Positions 7,564 to 16,295 are shown, numbered from the stretch's first letter. The stretch is DNA of 16,964 nt from an uncultured Akkermansia sp. (GCA_964580075.1 CAZOJL010000069.1:1-16964), one strand, 5' to 3'. Notes: a model not told the origin generated them from the sequence alone. Made by a program: numbers and translations.

Positions 7564-8799
7564 ATGCAGAATACCCCTAAAGGACTACGGCTCCACATCG
7601 GCCTGTTCGGACGCCGGAACGTCGGCAAGTCATCGCTGTTGAATGCCATCACCCGGCAGCAGACGTCGATCGTATCGGAAGATGCCGGAACCACGACCGA
7701 TCCGGTCGAGAAACCGATGGAGATGCTGCCGATCGGCCCGGTTCTTTTCATTGACACAGCCGGCATCGACGACATCGGGGCGCTCGGCGCCAAGCGTGTT
7801 GAAAAAACGCGGCGCGTCTTCGACCGCACCGATTTGGCCGTTATCGTTGCTTGCGCCGGCGAGTGGGGCGATTTCGAAGACGCGCTCGTAGCCGATTTTG
7901 AACATCGAAAAACACCCCTGCTGGTGGTCTTTAACAAGTCCGATCTGGCCCGCCCACGGGATGCGATCAAAGCCGGGCTGGACAGTCGGAAGATTCCCCA
8001 CATCGAGCTGTCGGCACTCTCACCGGACTGCCGCCACCCGTTCCGGGACAGGCTGATTCAGAGCCTCCCGGAGGAGTACGTGCAAAGCCCGACCATCGTG
8101 GGGGATCTGATCCGTCCCGGTGATGTCGTCATGCTCGTCGTCCCCATTGATTTGGAAGCCCCGAAGGGCCGCCTGATTCTGCCGCAGGTCCAGACTCTGC
8201 GTGATCTGCTCGATCATGATGCCTGCGGCCTGGTCGTCAAGGAGCGCGAGATGCGGGAGGCGTTGGGCCGTCTCCGCGAACCTCCCGCCCTCGTGGTGAC
8301 CGATTCGCAAGCCTTTCTGAAAGTCGCAGCAGACACCCCCGACGGCGTCAGGTTAACGTCGTTCTCCATTCTCTTTGCCCGCATGAAGGGCGATCTCAAC
8401 ACCTTTGCGCGCGGCGCGCGAGTGATCGACGCCCTGCGCCCGGGGGATCGCATCCTGATGGCCGAAGCCTGCACCCACCACCAGATTGGCGATGATATCG
8501 GCCGCGTTAAAATTCCCCGCTGGCTCACGCAGGTCGTGGGAGGAAAGCTTCATTTTGAGCACATTCAAGGCTGTGATTTTCCCGAGGATCTCAGCCCCTA
8601 CAAACTGGCCATCCATTGCGGCTCCTGCACATTCAATCGGCGCAACCTGCTTTCCCGTATTGAGAAATGCAACGCTGCGGGGCTTCCCATCACCAACTAC
8701 GGCATCGCCATTGCCAAGACCCTCGGCATTCTCGAGCGCGCGCTCGGCCCGTTTCCCGGCGCGCTCGACGCCTACCGCGCGCAGGCGGCACGGGTGTGA
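7564..8799 (+). CDS. hydF: [FeFe]-hydrogenase H-cluster maturation GTPase HydF
   Basis: N-terminal GTPase G1-G4 motifs (GRRNVGKSS, TTTD, DTAG, NKSD) and the C-terminal FeS-binding signature CTHH...(47 aa)...HCGSC (CxHx~47HCxxC) diagnostic of HydF. Length 411 aa from MQNTPKG at 7564. The in-frame upstream extension to 7333 has no homology. Confidence 0.85.
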   Translation: MQNTPKGLRLHIGLFGRRNVGKSSLLNAITRQQTSIVSEDAGTTTDPVEKPMEMLPIGPVLFIDTAGIDDIGALGAKRVEKTRRVFDRTDLAVIVACAGEWGDFEDALVADFEHRKTPLLVVFNKSDLARPRDAIKAGLDSRKIPHIELSALSPDCRHPFRDRLIQSLPEEYVQSPTIVGDLIRPGDVVMLVVPIDLEAPKGRLILPQVQTLRDLLDHDACGLVVKEREMREALGRLREPPALVVTDSQAFLKVAADTPDGVRLTSFSILFARMKGDLNTFARGARVIDALRPGDRILMAEACTHHQIGDDIGRVKIPRWLTQVVGGKLHFEHIQGCDFPEDLSPYKLAIHCGSCTFNRRNLLSRIEKCNAAGLPITNYGIAIAKTLGILERALGPFPGALDAYRAQAARV

Positions 8800-8926
8800 C
8801 CGGTTGCCACCCGGGCTGCGGTCCATGACGGGGTGGTTGTGGCGGGTCGATGAATCCTGTATACTGTTTGAAATTCTCGTGTAGAATAATGTGAAGCGGG
8901 GGCTGCCGCCCCGATCGCGGAGGGGT

Positions 8927-9667
8927 ATGAATATGGGCTACGGTGCGATGAAACGGGTCTTGACGGCTCTGTTCTGCGTGTTAATCGCCTGCGCCGCGCA
9001 CGCGCAGGAAGAGGATGCCTTCGATGATTTTGAGAATGAAATCCAGCAGCACCTGAATTTCACCCGCGTCGCCGACCCTCTGGAGATCGTGAACCGCGGC
9101 TGCTTCTGGCTCAATGACAAGCTGTATTTTTACGCCTTAAAGCCCGTCGCGGTCGGGTACAAGACGATCCTGCCGGAGCCGGCGCGCGAGTCGGTGGACA
9201 ACGTCTTCAGCAATCTGGGTTTTCCGAGAAGATTCGTGAATAATCTGTTGCAGTTGAAAGGGTGTGGCGCGGCGGCGGAGCTCAGGAACTTTGCGTGCAA
9301 TTCCACGGCAGGCGTGCTGGGTCTTTTGAATGTGGCCGAAGATCATTATCATTGGAAGGCGCACGATGAGGATTTCGGACAAACCTTGGCGTATTACGGA
9401 GCCGGTTCCTGGATGGCCGTGCATCTTCCGATTTGGGGACCATCCAATCTGCGCGACGCGCTTGGGATGCTGCCCGATTATCTGTTGGATCCGGTGAGCT
9501 ATATTGACGCGTGGGGCGTGAGAATCGCGTTGCGCAGTGGAGACGGGGTCAATAAAACGTCACTGAACATCGGGGTGTATGAAGATCTGAAGGCGGAGAG
9601 TTTGGACCCCTACAGATTCATGCAGGATGCGTATGAACAAAACCGGCAGAAGCGCTTAAAGGAGTAA
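8927..9667 (+). CDS. mlaA: MlaA/VacJ-family outer-membrane lipoprotein
   Basis: Lipoprotein signal peptide with lipobox LIAC. MlaA core DPLEIVNRGCFWLNDKLYFYALKPVAVGYK...PARESVDNVFSNL...VNNLLQLKG aligns with E. coli MlaA. GGAGG Shine-Dalgarno at 8918-8922. AT-rich promoter-like patch at 8860-8890. Confidence 0.85.
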   Translation: MNMGYGAMKRVLTALFCVLIACAAHAQEEDAFDDFENEIQQHLNFTRVADPLEIVNRGCFWLNDKLYFYALKPVAVGYKTILPEPARESVDNVFSNLGFPRRFVNNLLQLKGCGAAAELRNFACNSTAGVLGLLNVAEDHYHWKAHDEDFGQTLAYYGAGSWMAVHLPIWGPSNLRDALGMLPDYLLDPVSYIDAWGVRIALRSGDGVNKTSLNIGVYEDLKAESLDPYRFMQDAYEQNRQKRLKE

Positions 9668-9673
9668 GACAAG

Positions 9674-10294
9674 ATGAACAGAACGGTAAGCGTGTTTGGG
9701 ACCGTGGCGCTGGTTGCAACGGTCGCTTTCGGCCAGGAGGATGCCGCGCGCGCCACGCGCGAGATTGTGGAGCGCACCATCACCCGGGGAATCGCAATTC
9801 TGAAAGACCGCGAAACGACCGACGACCAAAAAATGAGCGCGTTTGACGGCTTGTTGGAGGAGAACTGCCACACCGAGCTGATGAGCATGCTGGCGCTTGG
9901 AAAGACGGGATGGGCTTCTCTGAGCGCGCAGCAGCGCGGGGCCTTTACCAAGGCCTTTGTGGACCTGATGAAGCGAACCTATTACGGGAAACTCAATCAG
10001 TCTGATGTCACACAGGTGGAAGTCAGCTATACAGACAATACTGAAGTGAGTGCAACCAAAAGAAACGTCAAGACGGTCATGAAGAACGCAGGTTCCGATT
10101 ATCACGTCGATTACAAGATGGCGTGGCGCGATGACAAATGGGCAATCTATGATCTGGAAGTCGAAGGGATCAGTCTGATCGCTTCGTACCGTTCGCAGTT
10201 CGATGATTTCTTGAAAAGCAGGACAGTCGGGGAGCTCATCGAGAATCTGGAGCGCAAAGATCAGAAGTTTCAAGTGGAATCCGTAATTCCGTAG
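9674..10294 (+). CDS. mlaC: MlaC/Ttg2D-family periplasmic phospholipid-binding protein
   Basis: Signal peptide. Conserved C-terminal block YKMAWRDDKWAIYDLEVEGISLIASYRSQFDDFL matches MlaC. AAGGAG Shine-Dalgarno spans the mlaA stop codon. Confidence 0.8.
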   Translation: MNRTVSVFGTVALVATVAFGQEDAARATREIVERTITRGIAILKDRETTDDQKMSAFDGLLEENCHTELMSMLALGKTGWASLSAQQRGAFTKAFVDLMKRTYYGKLNQSDVTQVEVSYTDNTEVSATKRNVKTVMKNAGSDYHVDYKMAWRDDKWAIYDLEVEGISLIASYRSQFDDFLKSRTVGELIENLERKDQKFQVESVIP

Positions 10295-10315
10295 CCATCG
10301 GCTGGTGAACCTATT

Positions 10316-12826
10316 TTGATGAATCGATTTTTAAAATTATACCGGCATGCGGTGATCCGTCTGCCGAAAGTGACGCTCCTGATCATGCTTCTGGCAGGGG
10401 CGTTTTTTCTGGTTCAATCGCGTCATTTCTTTCTGGATGCCTCCAGCGACTCGTTGATGCTTGAAAGAGATCCGGCGTTGATTCAATACCGGGAGATCGC
10501 CGCGCGCTATGAATCCGGTTCGCTGCTGGTTGTGACTTTCACGCCGCATGACGGTGAACTGTTCACCGAGAACGGTCTGCAGCGTTTGCGGCGCCTCCGC
10601 GAGGAGGTCAAGCGGGTTCCCTTTGTTGACGGCGTGGTGACGCTCCTGGATGTGCCGCTCTTTCGCAATCCGCCGGTCTCCATTGCCAAGGTTGTTGATC
10701 ATATTCGCACGCTGGATGATCCCGGGACAGATATTGCGATGGCCCAACAGGAGTTGCTGGAAAGCGAGGCCTATAAACAGCAGTTGATCAGCGCGGACGG
10801 ACGGACGGCGCTTCTGGCGATACAGGTTGCGCCGGAGCCGGAACTGGATCAGGTGCATCGGGTGCGCTCGAATTGCCAACTGGCGATGGATCAGGGAATC
10901 GATCTCAAGCAGAACCGGAAGGTGTACGAAGCGCTGACGCCACGGCTCCGGGAGCTGCAGAAAATCAGCAATAAGAATACGCATGCGATGATCACCGGGT
11001 TGCGCAAGACCGTGAAGCCGTGGCAACGCGAGGGGACGCTTTTCATCGGCGGCGGGCTGATGGTCGGCGATGATATGCTGACCTTTATTCGCAGCGACCT
11101 GAAAATATTCGGCATGGCCATTTTTGCCTGCATCGCGTTACTGCTGACCTATTTCTTCAGAAGTCTGCGCTGGGTGCTGGCGGCCGTGCTCTGCTGCGCC
11201 TATTCCACGGTGGTTATGGTGGGGCTTCTCGGCATGTGTCGGTGGCCGGTGACGGTGATATCATCGAACTTCATCTCGTTGCTGCTGATCATGAATATGT
11301 CGCTGGTGATACACCTGGTGGTGCAATACCGGGAGCTGGCAGGCCTGCATCCGGATTTGGGCCTGGGGGACTTGATCAGCGAGACCGTGGCGCACAAGTG
11401 GACGCCCTCGCTTTTCACCACATTGACCACGATCGCCGGGTTCAGCTCGCTGGTGCTGTGCGACATCAAGCCGGTCAAGGACTTTGGCCTGATGATGAGC
11501 CTGGCGCTGGTGGTCTCGATGGTGACTTCGTTCATCCTGTTTCCCGCCCTCCTGATGCTCTTCAACAAGGAGGAGCGGGGGACCTCGCGTGAAATTGGCC
11601 GCTCCATCATCCGGCTGGCGGCTTCTGTTGCTGAGACGCGCGGCACGTTCATCTGGATTATCACCCTGGTGATCATGGGGTTCGTTGGCTTCGGAATGTG
11701 CCGCCTGACCGTTGAAAACAGTTTTGTAAGCCACCTCAGGAAGCGCTCTGAGATTTATCGGGGGATGGTTTTTATTGATCGTCAGTTGGGAGGAACAACC
11801 CCCCTGGATGTGGTGATCACGCTCCCGGAAGAGACGCGGTCTGCGCCGGCCGCACACGGCAACCTTTCGGCGGAAGAACAGGATGAATTTGACGCGTTTG
11901 ATGAATTTGACAGCGCACCCTCGTCGGCGCAGTACTGGTACACGCCGGCCAAGCTGGACGTGCTGCGCAAGGCGCATGCCATTATCGAGGCACAGCCGGA
12001 GACGGGCAAGGTATGGTCATTTGCGACACTTGTCCGCGTGACCGACATGCTCAATGAGGGGGTTCCGCTGGATGCCTTTGAGCTGGCGATCATGGCCGGA
12101 AAGCTTCCCGAATACGCGCGGGATTTGCTGGTGAAGCCCTATGTCAGTGTGGAGCACAACCAGTTTCTCCTGACCGCCCGCATTTTTGATTCGAGTCCGG
12201 ATCTGAGGCGGAACGCCTTTATCAAGCGGCTGACGAAACAGTTGAATGATGAACTGGGACTTCCGCCGGGCTCCATTATTGTGAACGGCACAGTCGTGCT
12301 TTACAACGGCGTGTTGCAAAGTCTTTTCAGATCCCAGATCCTGACGCTGGGGGTGGTGCTGGTTGTCTTGCTGCTCATGTTTATGGCGCTGTTCCGTTCG
12401 TTCAAGCTGGCGGCGATAGCCCTCTTTCCCAATGCGATTTCCGCTTTAATGGTGCTGGGCTTGCTCGGGGCCCTGGGCATCCCGCTGGATATCATGACGA
12501 TTACGATTGCCTCCATCAGCATCGGCATCGCGGTCGACGACACCATTCATTACATCCACCGCTTTGGGGAGGAGTTCAAACTCTGCGGCCGTTATGTGCA
12601 GTCCATGCGCGCGACCCATCAGGGCGTGGGTCGCGCCATGTTTTACACGTCGGTTACGATCGTTTGCGGCTTTATGCTCCTGGTCTTTTCCAACTTTGTC
12701 CCCAGCATCCTGTTCGGGATTCTCACCAGTGCGGCGATGGTGGTGGCGTTGTTTGGCGCGCTGACGCTGCTGCCCCGACTGATTATCACCTTCAAACCCT
12801 TTGGGCTCGAACGGGATCTTTTATGA
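10316..12826 (+). CDS. RND-superfamily exporter, MMPL/HpnN-like (two 6-TM sterol-sensing-type bundles, each preceded by a large periplasmic domain)
   Basis: 836 aa. Topology is TM1 - periplasmic domain - TM cluster (residues ~240-420) - periplasmic domain with an acidic insert - TM cluster (~650-820). This is the generic MMPL architecture. The start may be the second ATG at 10319. Confidence 0.85.
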   Translation: MMNRFLKLYRHAVIRLPKVTLLIMLLAGAFFLVQSRHFFLDASSDSLMLERDPALIQYREIAARYESGSLLVVTFTPHDGELFTENGLQRLRRLREEVKRVPFVDGVVTLLDVPLFRNPPVSIAKVVDHIRTLDDPGTDIAMAQQELLESEAYKQQLISADGRTALLAIQVAPEPELDQVHRVRSNCQLAMDQGIDLKQNRKVYEALTPRLRELQKISNKNTHAMITGLRKTVKPWQREGTLFIGGGLMVGDDMLTFIRSDLKIFGMAIFACIALLLTYFFRSLRWVLAAVLCCAYSTVVMVGLLGMCRWPVTVISSNFISLLLIMNMSLVIHLVVQYRELAGLHPDLGLGDLISETVAHKWTPSLFTTLTTIAGFSSLVLCDIKPVKDFGLMMSLALVVSMVTSFILFPALLMLFNKEERGTSREIGRSIIRLAASVAETRGTFIWIITLVIMGFVGFGMCRLTVENSFVSHLRKRSEIYRGMVFIDRQLGGTTPLDVVITLPEETRSAPAAHGNLSAEEQDEFDAFDEFDSAPSSAQYWYTPAKLDVLRKAHAIIEAQPETGKVWSFATLVRVTDMLNEGVPLDAFELAIMAGKLPEYARDLLVKPYVSVEHNQFLLTARIFDSSPDLRRNAFIKRLTKQLNDELGLPPGSIIVNGTVVLYNGVLQSLFRSQILTLGVVLVVLLLMFMALFRSFKLAAIALFPNAISALMVLGLLGALGIPLDIMTITIASISIGIAVDDTIHYIHRFGEEFKLCGRYVQSMRATHQGVGRAMFYTSVTIVCGFMLLVFSNFVPSILFGILTSAAMVVALFGALTLLPRLIITFKPFGLERDLL

Positions 12827-14340
12827 ACAAAACCGGATTTGACAACGATAAATACCTTCAGCAGCAATCGGAAGAGATCATCCGCCGCACGGAGATGTTC
12901 GGCAACAAGCTCTATCTCGAATTTGGCGGCAAGCTGATGTTCGACTATCATGCCGCGCGGGTGCTGCCGGGATATGATCCGAACGTCAAGATCCGTCTAC
13001 TGCAGCAGCTCCGGGACAAGGCGGAAATTGTCCTCTGCATTTTTGCGGGAGACATCGAGCGCAAGAAGGTTCGTGCCGATTTCGGGATCTCTTACGACGC
13101 CGATGCGCTCAAGACGATTGACGATCTGCGCGAGGCGGGGCTTTGTGTGCGTGCCGTGGTGATCACCCGTTTCGACGGCCAGCCGGCCGCGAAGCAGTTC
13201 AAGACCAAGCTTGAGCGGCGGGGTGTCGCGGTCTATTGCCACCGGGCGACGCAGGGCTATCCGACCGACATTGAAACGATCGTCAGTGATGAGGGATATG
13301 GCGCCAACCCGTATGTGACGACCGAGCGACCGATCGTCGTGGTGACCGGACCAGGGCCGGGCAGTGGAAAACTGGCGACCTGCCTGACCAATCTCTACCA
13401 TGATCGCCGTAACGGCCGTTTGGCAGGCTATGCCAAATTCGAGACGTTCCCGGTCTGGAATATGCCCCTCAAGCATCCGGTGAACGTGGCTTATGAGGCG
13501 GCCACGGCAGACCTGCTGGATGTCAACATGATTGACCCTTTTCATCTTGAGGCGCATGGCAGCGCCTCGGTCAATTACAATCGCGACATTGCCGCGTTTC
13601 CGCTTGTGCGGGCGATTTGGGAGAAGATTACGCAGTCCCCGTGCCCCTACAAATCGCCGACGGACATGGGGGTCAACCGTGTTGGATTCGGCATCGTGGA
13701 CGATCTGACGGTGCGCGATGCGGCGCAGCAGGAGGTCATCCGCCGCTACTTCCGGCATGCCTGCGAGTATGCGTTGGGCATGACGGAACGTGAGACCGTC
13801 TCACGTGTCGAGATGTTGATGCAGGAATTGCGGGTTTCGTCGACTGATCGGTTGGTGGTGAACCCCGCCCGGAAGGCGGCGGAGGAATGTGCCGCGAGCG
13901 GCAAGGGGGATCGCGGTATCTGTTGCGGGGCGGCGATGGAGCTGGGAGACGGCCGCATCGTGGTGGGTAAGAACTCGACGCTCATGCATGCGGCGTCGGC
14001 GATGGTGCTGAATGCGGTGAAACTGATGGCGGGCATTCCGGATACGATCCATCTGCTTTCACCCGACGTCGTCAAGGCGATCGTTCGGATGAAGCGGGAC
14101 GTGCTGACCGGCAAGCATACGAGTTTGAATCTGGATGAGACGCTGATTGCGCTGGCCATCAGCTCGGCATCCAATCCTGCAGCCCAGGCCGCGCTCGACC
14201 ATCTGCCCGATCTGCGGGAGTGCGAGGTGCACCTCACGCACATCCTGAGCTCGGGTGACGATGTCGGCATCCGGCGCCTCGGTCTCCGGCATACCTGCGA
14301 CGCCCACTTTGCAACGGCCGATCTCTATATTGAACAATAG
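12823..14340 (+). CDS. DUF1846 / UPF0371-family protein (function unknown, predicted cytoplasmic)
   Basis: 506 aa from MNKTGFDNDKYL. Blocks recalled from streptococcal UPF0371 proteins match along the whole length: KLYLEFGGKL..DYHAARVLPGYDPN, VTGPGPGSGKLATC, GYAKFETFPVWN.PL.HPVNVAYEAATADL.DVNMIDPFHL, SPTDMGVNRVGF, GKNS. The ATG at 12823-12825 overlaps the TGA (12824-12826) of the RND gene as ATGA. Confidence 0.85.
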   Translation: MNKTGFDNDKYLQQQSEEIIRRTEMFGNKLYLEFGGKLMFDYHAARVLPGYDPNVKIRLLQQLRDKAEIVLCIFAGDIERKKVRADFGISYDADALKTIDDLREAGLCVRAVVITRFDGQPAAKQFKTKLERRGVAVYCHRATQGYPTDIETIVSDEGYGANPYVTTERPIVVVTGPGPGSGKLATCLTNLYHDRRNGRLAGYAKFETFPVWNMPLKHPVNVAYEAATADLLDVNMIDPFHLEAHGSASVNYNRDIAAFPLVRAIWEKITQSPCPYKSPTDMGVNRVGFGIVDDLTVRDAAQQEVIRRYFRHACEYALGMTERETVSRVEMLMQELRVSSTDRLVVNPARKAAEECAASGKGDRGICCGAAMELGDGRIVVGKNSTLMHAASAMVLNAVKLMAGIPDTIHLLSPDVVKAIVRMKRDVLTGKHTSLNLDETLIALAISSASNPAAQAALDHLPDLRECEVHLTHILSSGDDVGIRRLGLRHTCDAHFATADLYIEQ

Positions 14341-14344
14341 AAAA

Positions 14345-14395
14345 TGGCGCCCCTGGGGTGACTCGAACACCCGACCGGCGGATTAGAAATCCGCG
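14345..14395 (-). other. 3' half of tRNA-Arg(TCT), from the anticodon stem through the T-arm to CCA. The 5' half is absent, so this is an attachment-site direct-repeat remnant (attR-type).
   Basis: The reverse complement reads GCGGA-TTTCTAA-TCCGC (anticodon stem-loop, anticodon UCU, U33, A37), then CGGTC (variable loop), GGGTG-TTCGAGT-CACCC (T-arm), CAGGGGC (acceptor 3' strand), G (discriminator), CCA. The upstream sequence (CATTGTTTTTATGGTTTCAC) cannot form a D-arm or a complementary acceptor 5' strand. Confidence 0.75.
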
Positions 14396-14516
14396 TGAAA
14401 CCATAAAAACAATGTATTTTTGATTGGCTGTTGTAATTCTGTTGACAACACACCTCCCTATGTTGTAACTTTGCTTTGCGTTAAGGGTAAACAGACGCAA
14501 GGAAAGGCGGCGGGGT

Positions 14517-15869
14517 ATGGCAACAAAAAGACAGAAGACAGACACCCGGCATTTAATGCAGCGTGGGTCAATATGGTACGTTCAGGCGCGGTTACCAGAC
14601 GGCCGGCGGCTGGTTCAGTCTACAGGAGAAACCGACCTGACGGCCGCCCGTTCTGTCCGGGATCACCTGCTTGAACCGCTGGCGCTATCCGATACCAAGG
14701 CGCGATTGGCGGCTGTTCAGGCGTCGATAACCAGCGTCGAGGATCGTCTCACAGCGATCCAAGATGCTGCCCCATCCCTGCCCATGCTGGCCGCGTGGCG
14801 GGTGTTTGTCGATATGCCGAAGGGGAAGACGGGCCGGGGCCGCCGGATCAATCCGGGGGAGCGTACCCTTGCCGATTACGAAGGGCGCTGGGGTGCGTTC
14901 TGCGATTGGATGGAAGGGGCATACCCCAAGCACGGCAAGAGCGGCAAACCCGCCCCCCGTGAGTTGCGAGAGGTCACACCGGAACAGGCACGGCATTACA
15001 TTCGAGACTGCGAAAAGGCCTGGTCACCGAACACCCGCAACAAAACCCTATCATTTCTGCGGCTGTTTTTCTCCGTTCTGTCCGATGTTGCGAGGGTACA
15101 AGATAACCCGTTCGCAGGCATGGAAGCGACACCGCACAGCACCGCGAAAAAAAGCAATCTTACGCTCTCGCAGTTGACTGCAATCTCGAAACAGTTAGAG
15201 GGCGCCGGGGAGATCGAAACGCTTTTTGCGTTGGGTTTCTATACCGGCGCGCGGCTGGGGGATTGCTGCAATTTTAGATGGTCTGACTTCGATATTGAGG
15301 CCGGGAAGCTGACCTTCACACCGCACAAAACGGACAAGGGGCGCAATGAAATCAGAATGGCCATTCATCCGGCATTGCTGCGGATACTCCAGAAGACCCC
15401 GCCGGCGCGGCGCAAGGGGGTTCTACTCCCTGAAACGTGCAAGCTATACAACCGCGATTCTTCTGCGGTCTGCGGTATGATTCAGAAGGTTTTCATCGCC
15501 GCCGGGATCGAGACAAGCGAAGCCGTGAAGGGATACGGTCACCGGGTGGCGCGGATCGGCTTCCATAGTTTGCGACATAGTTACATCACCGGTCTGATCG
15601 AAGCGGGCGTTGATATGGATACCGTCCGCAGACAGGCCGGGCATTCGACAATCGGAATGACAGCGCACTACTATCACGGGGAGCAGGCGGCGCAAGGTGC
15701 TTCGTTGAAACTTCCGGACATATCGAACGCCACCGTCCCACCCCTCGCCACGGGCACCGCAGGCAGCCTGGGCGCGGTTCTGGACGGTCTGCGGGCACTG
15801 GATGCGGCTGGGTTGCAGGCGGTGTTGTCGGAAACGAAACGGCTTATCAAAGAGGGTGTAGCAATGTGA
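14517..15869 (+). CDS. int: Tyrosine-type site-specific recombinase (phage integrase family)
   Basis: Catalytic motifs YTGARLGD (Arg-I), HSLRHS (H-x-x-R) and GHSTIGMTAHYYH (His...catalytic Tyr). N-terminal SAM-like/arm-binding region. A ~60-aa C-terminal tail follows the catalytic Tyr. RBS AAGGAAAGG lies upstream. Confidence 0.9.
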   Translation: MATKRQKTDTRHLMQRGSIWYVQARLPDGRRLVQSTGETDLTAARSVRDHLLEPLALSDTKARLAAVQASITSVEDRLTAIQDAAPSLPMLAAWRVFVDMPKGKTGRGRRINPGERTLADYEGRWGAFCDWMEGAYPKHGKSGKPAPRELREVTPEQARHYIRDCEKAWSPNTRNKTLSFLRLFFSVLSDVARVQDNPFAGMEATPHSTAKKSNLTLSQLTAISKQLEGAGEIETLFALGFYTGARLGDCCNFRWSDFDIEAGKLTFTPHKTDKGRNEIRMAIHPALLRILQKTPPARRKGVLLPETCKLYNRDSSAVCGMIQKVFIAAGIETSEAVKGYGHRVARIGFHSLRHSYITGLIEAGVDMDTVRRQAGHSTIGMTAHYYHGEQAAQGASLKLPDISNATVPPLATGTAGSLGAVLDGLRALDAAGLQAVLSETKRLIKEGVAM

Positions 15870-15998
15870 GGACTGCACAAGTGCCAAAGCACGGGGCACG
15901 GATTGCACTCGTATTCACAGCGGATGGCATGGATCGGGCCTGCACCAAAACCTTCTGTGCTGAGGTTGCGGGCAAAGGATCGCGCCGGCGCATCATCC

Positions 15999-16295
15999 TC
16001 ACGCCGCGCCTCGAATCAGGGCGTTCAGGTCGGACTCCCGGACGCCACATGCGCGGATGAACCCTGGAATCTTGAATTTCTTAATCGCGCCTTGCCGCGC
16101 CAGATGGTGCAGGCTCCTCTTGGTCCGATTGAGGCGCTTCGCCGCCTCTTCAATCGGGATGATCCGATCGGGCGGTACCTGCGCTGCCCCTTCCGCCAAG
16201 CCGAGTGTGTGCATGAGCTGATCCCGATCCGCATGCGTGCGCACGGGATCGGATTCGAGTATCGCCTTCAAGGCCACAAGTGTTGCTGTTTTCAT
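15999..16295 (-). CDS. AlpA/excisionase-family helix-turn-helix DNA-binding protein (candidate Xis or island regulator)
   Basis: IPIEEAAKRLNRTKRSLHHLARQGAIKKFKIPG...GVRESDLNALI matches the HTH_17/excisionase pattern (..EAA..LGVS..T.YRL...G..P..K.G....DL). GGAGGA Shine-Dalgarno upstream of the ATG at 16295. Convergent with int. Confidence 0.6.
   Translation of the reverse strand: MKTATLVALKAILESDPVRTHADRDQLMHTLGLAEGAAQVPPDRIIPIEEAAKRLNRTKRSLHHLARQGAIKKFKIPGFIRACGVRESDLNALIRGAA

Noticed and set aside
10337-12319. Minus-strand ORFs inside the RND gene (for example 10337-11026 and 11261-11977)
   Set aside because: Antisense to a well-supported 836-aa MMPL protein. The translations are His/Arg/Gln-rich low complexity.
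12664-12822. Upstream in-frame extension of the DUF1846 ORF (track start 12664)
   Set aside because: It lies entirely within the C-terminal coding region of the RND gene. Family homology starts at MNKTGFD (12823), which forms an ATGA overlap with the RND stop.
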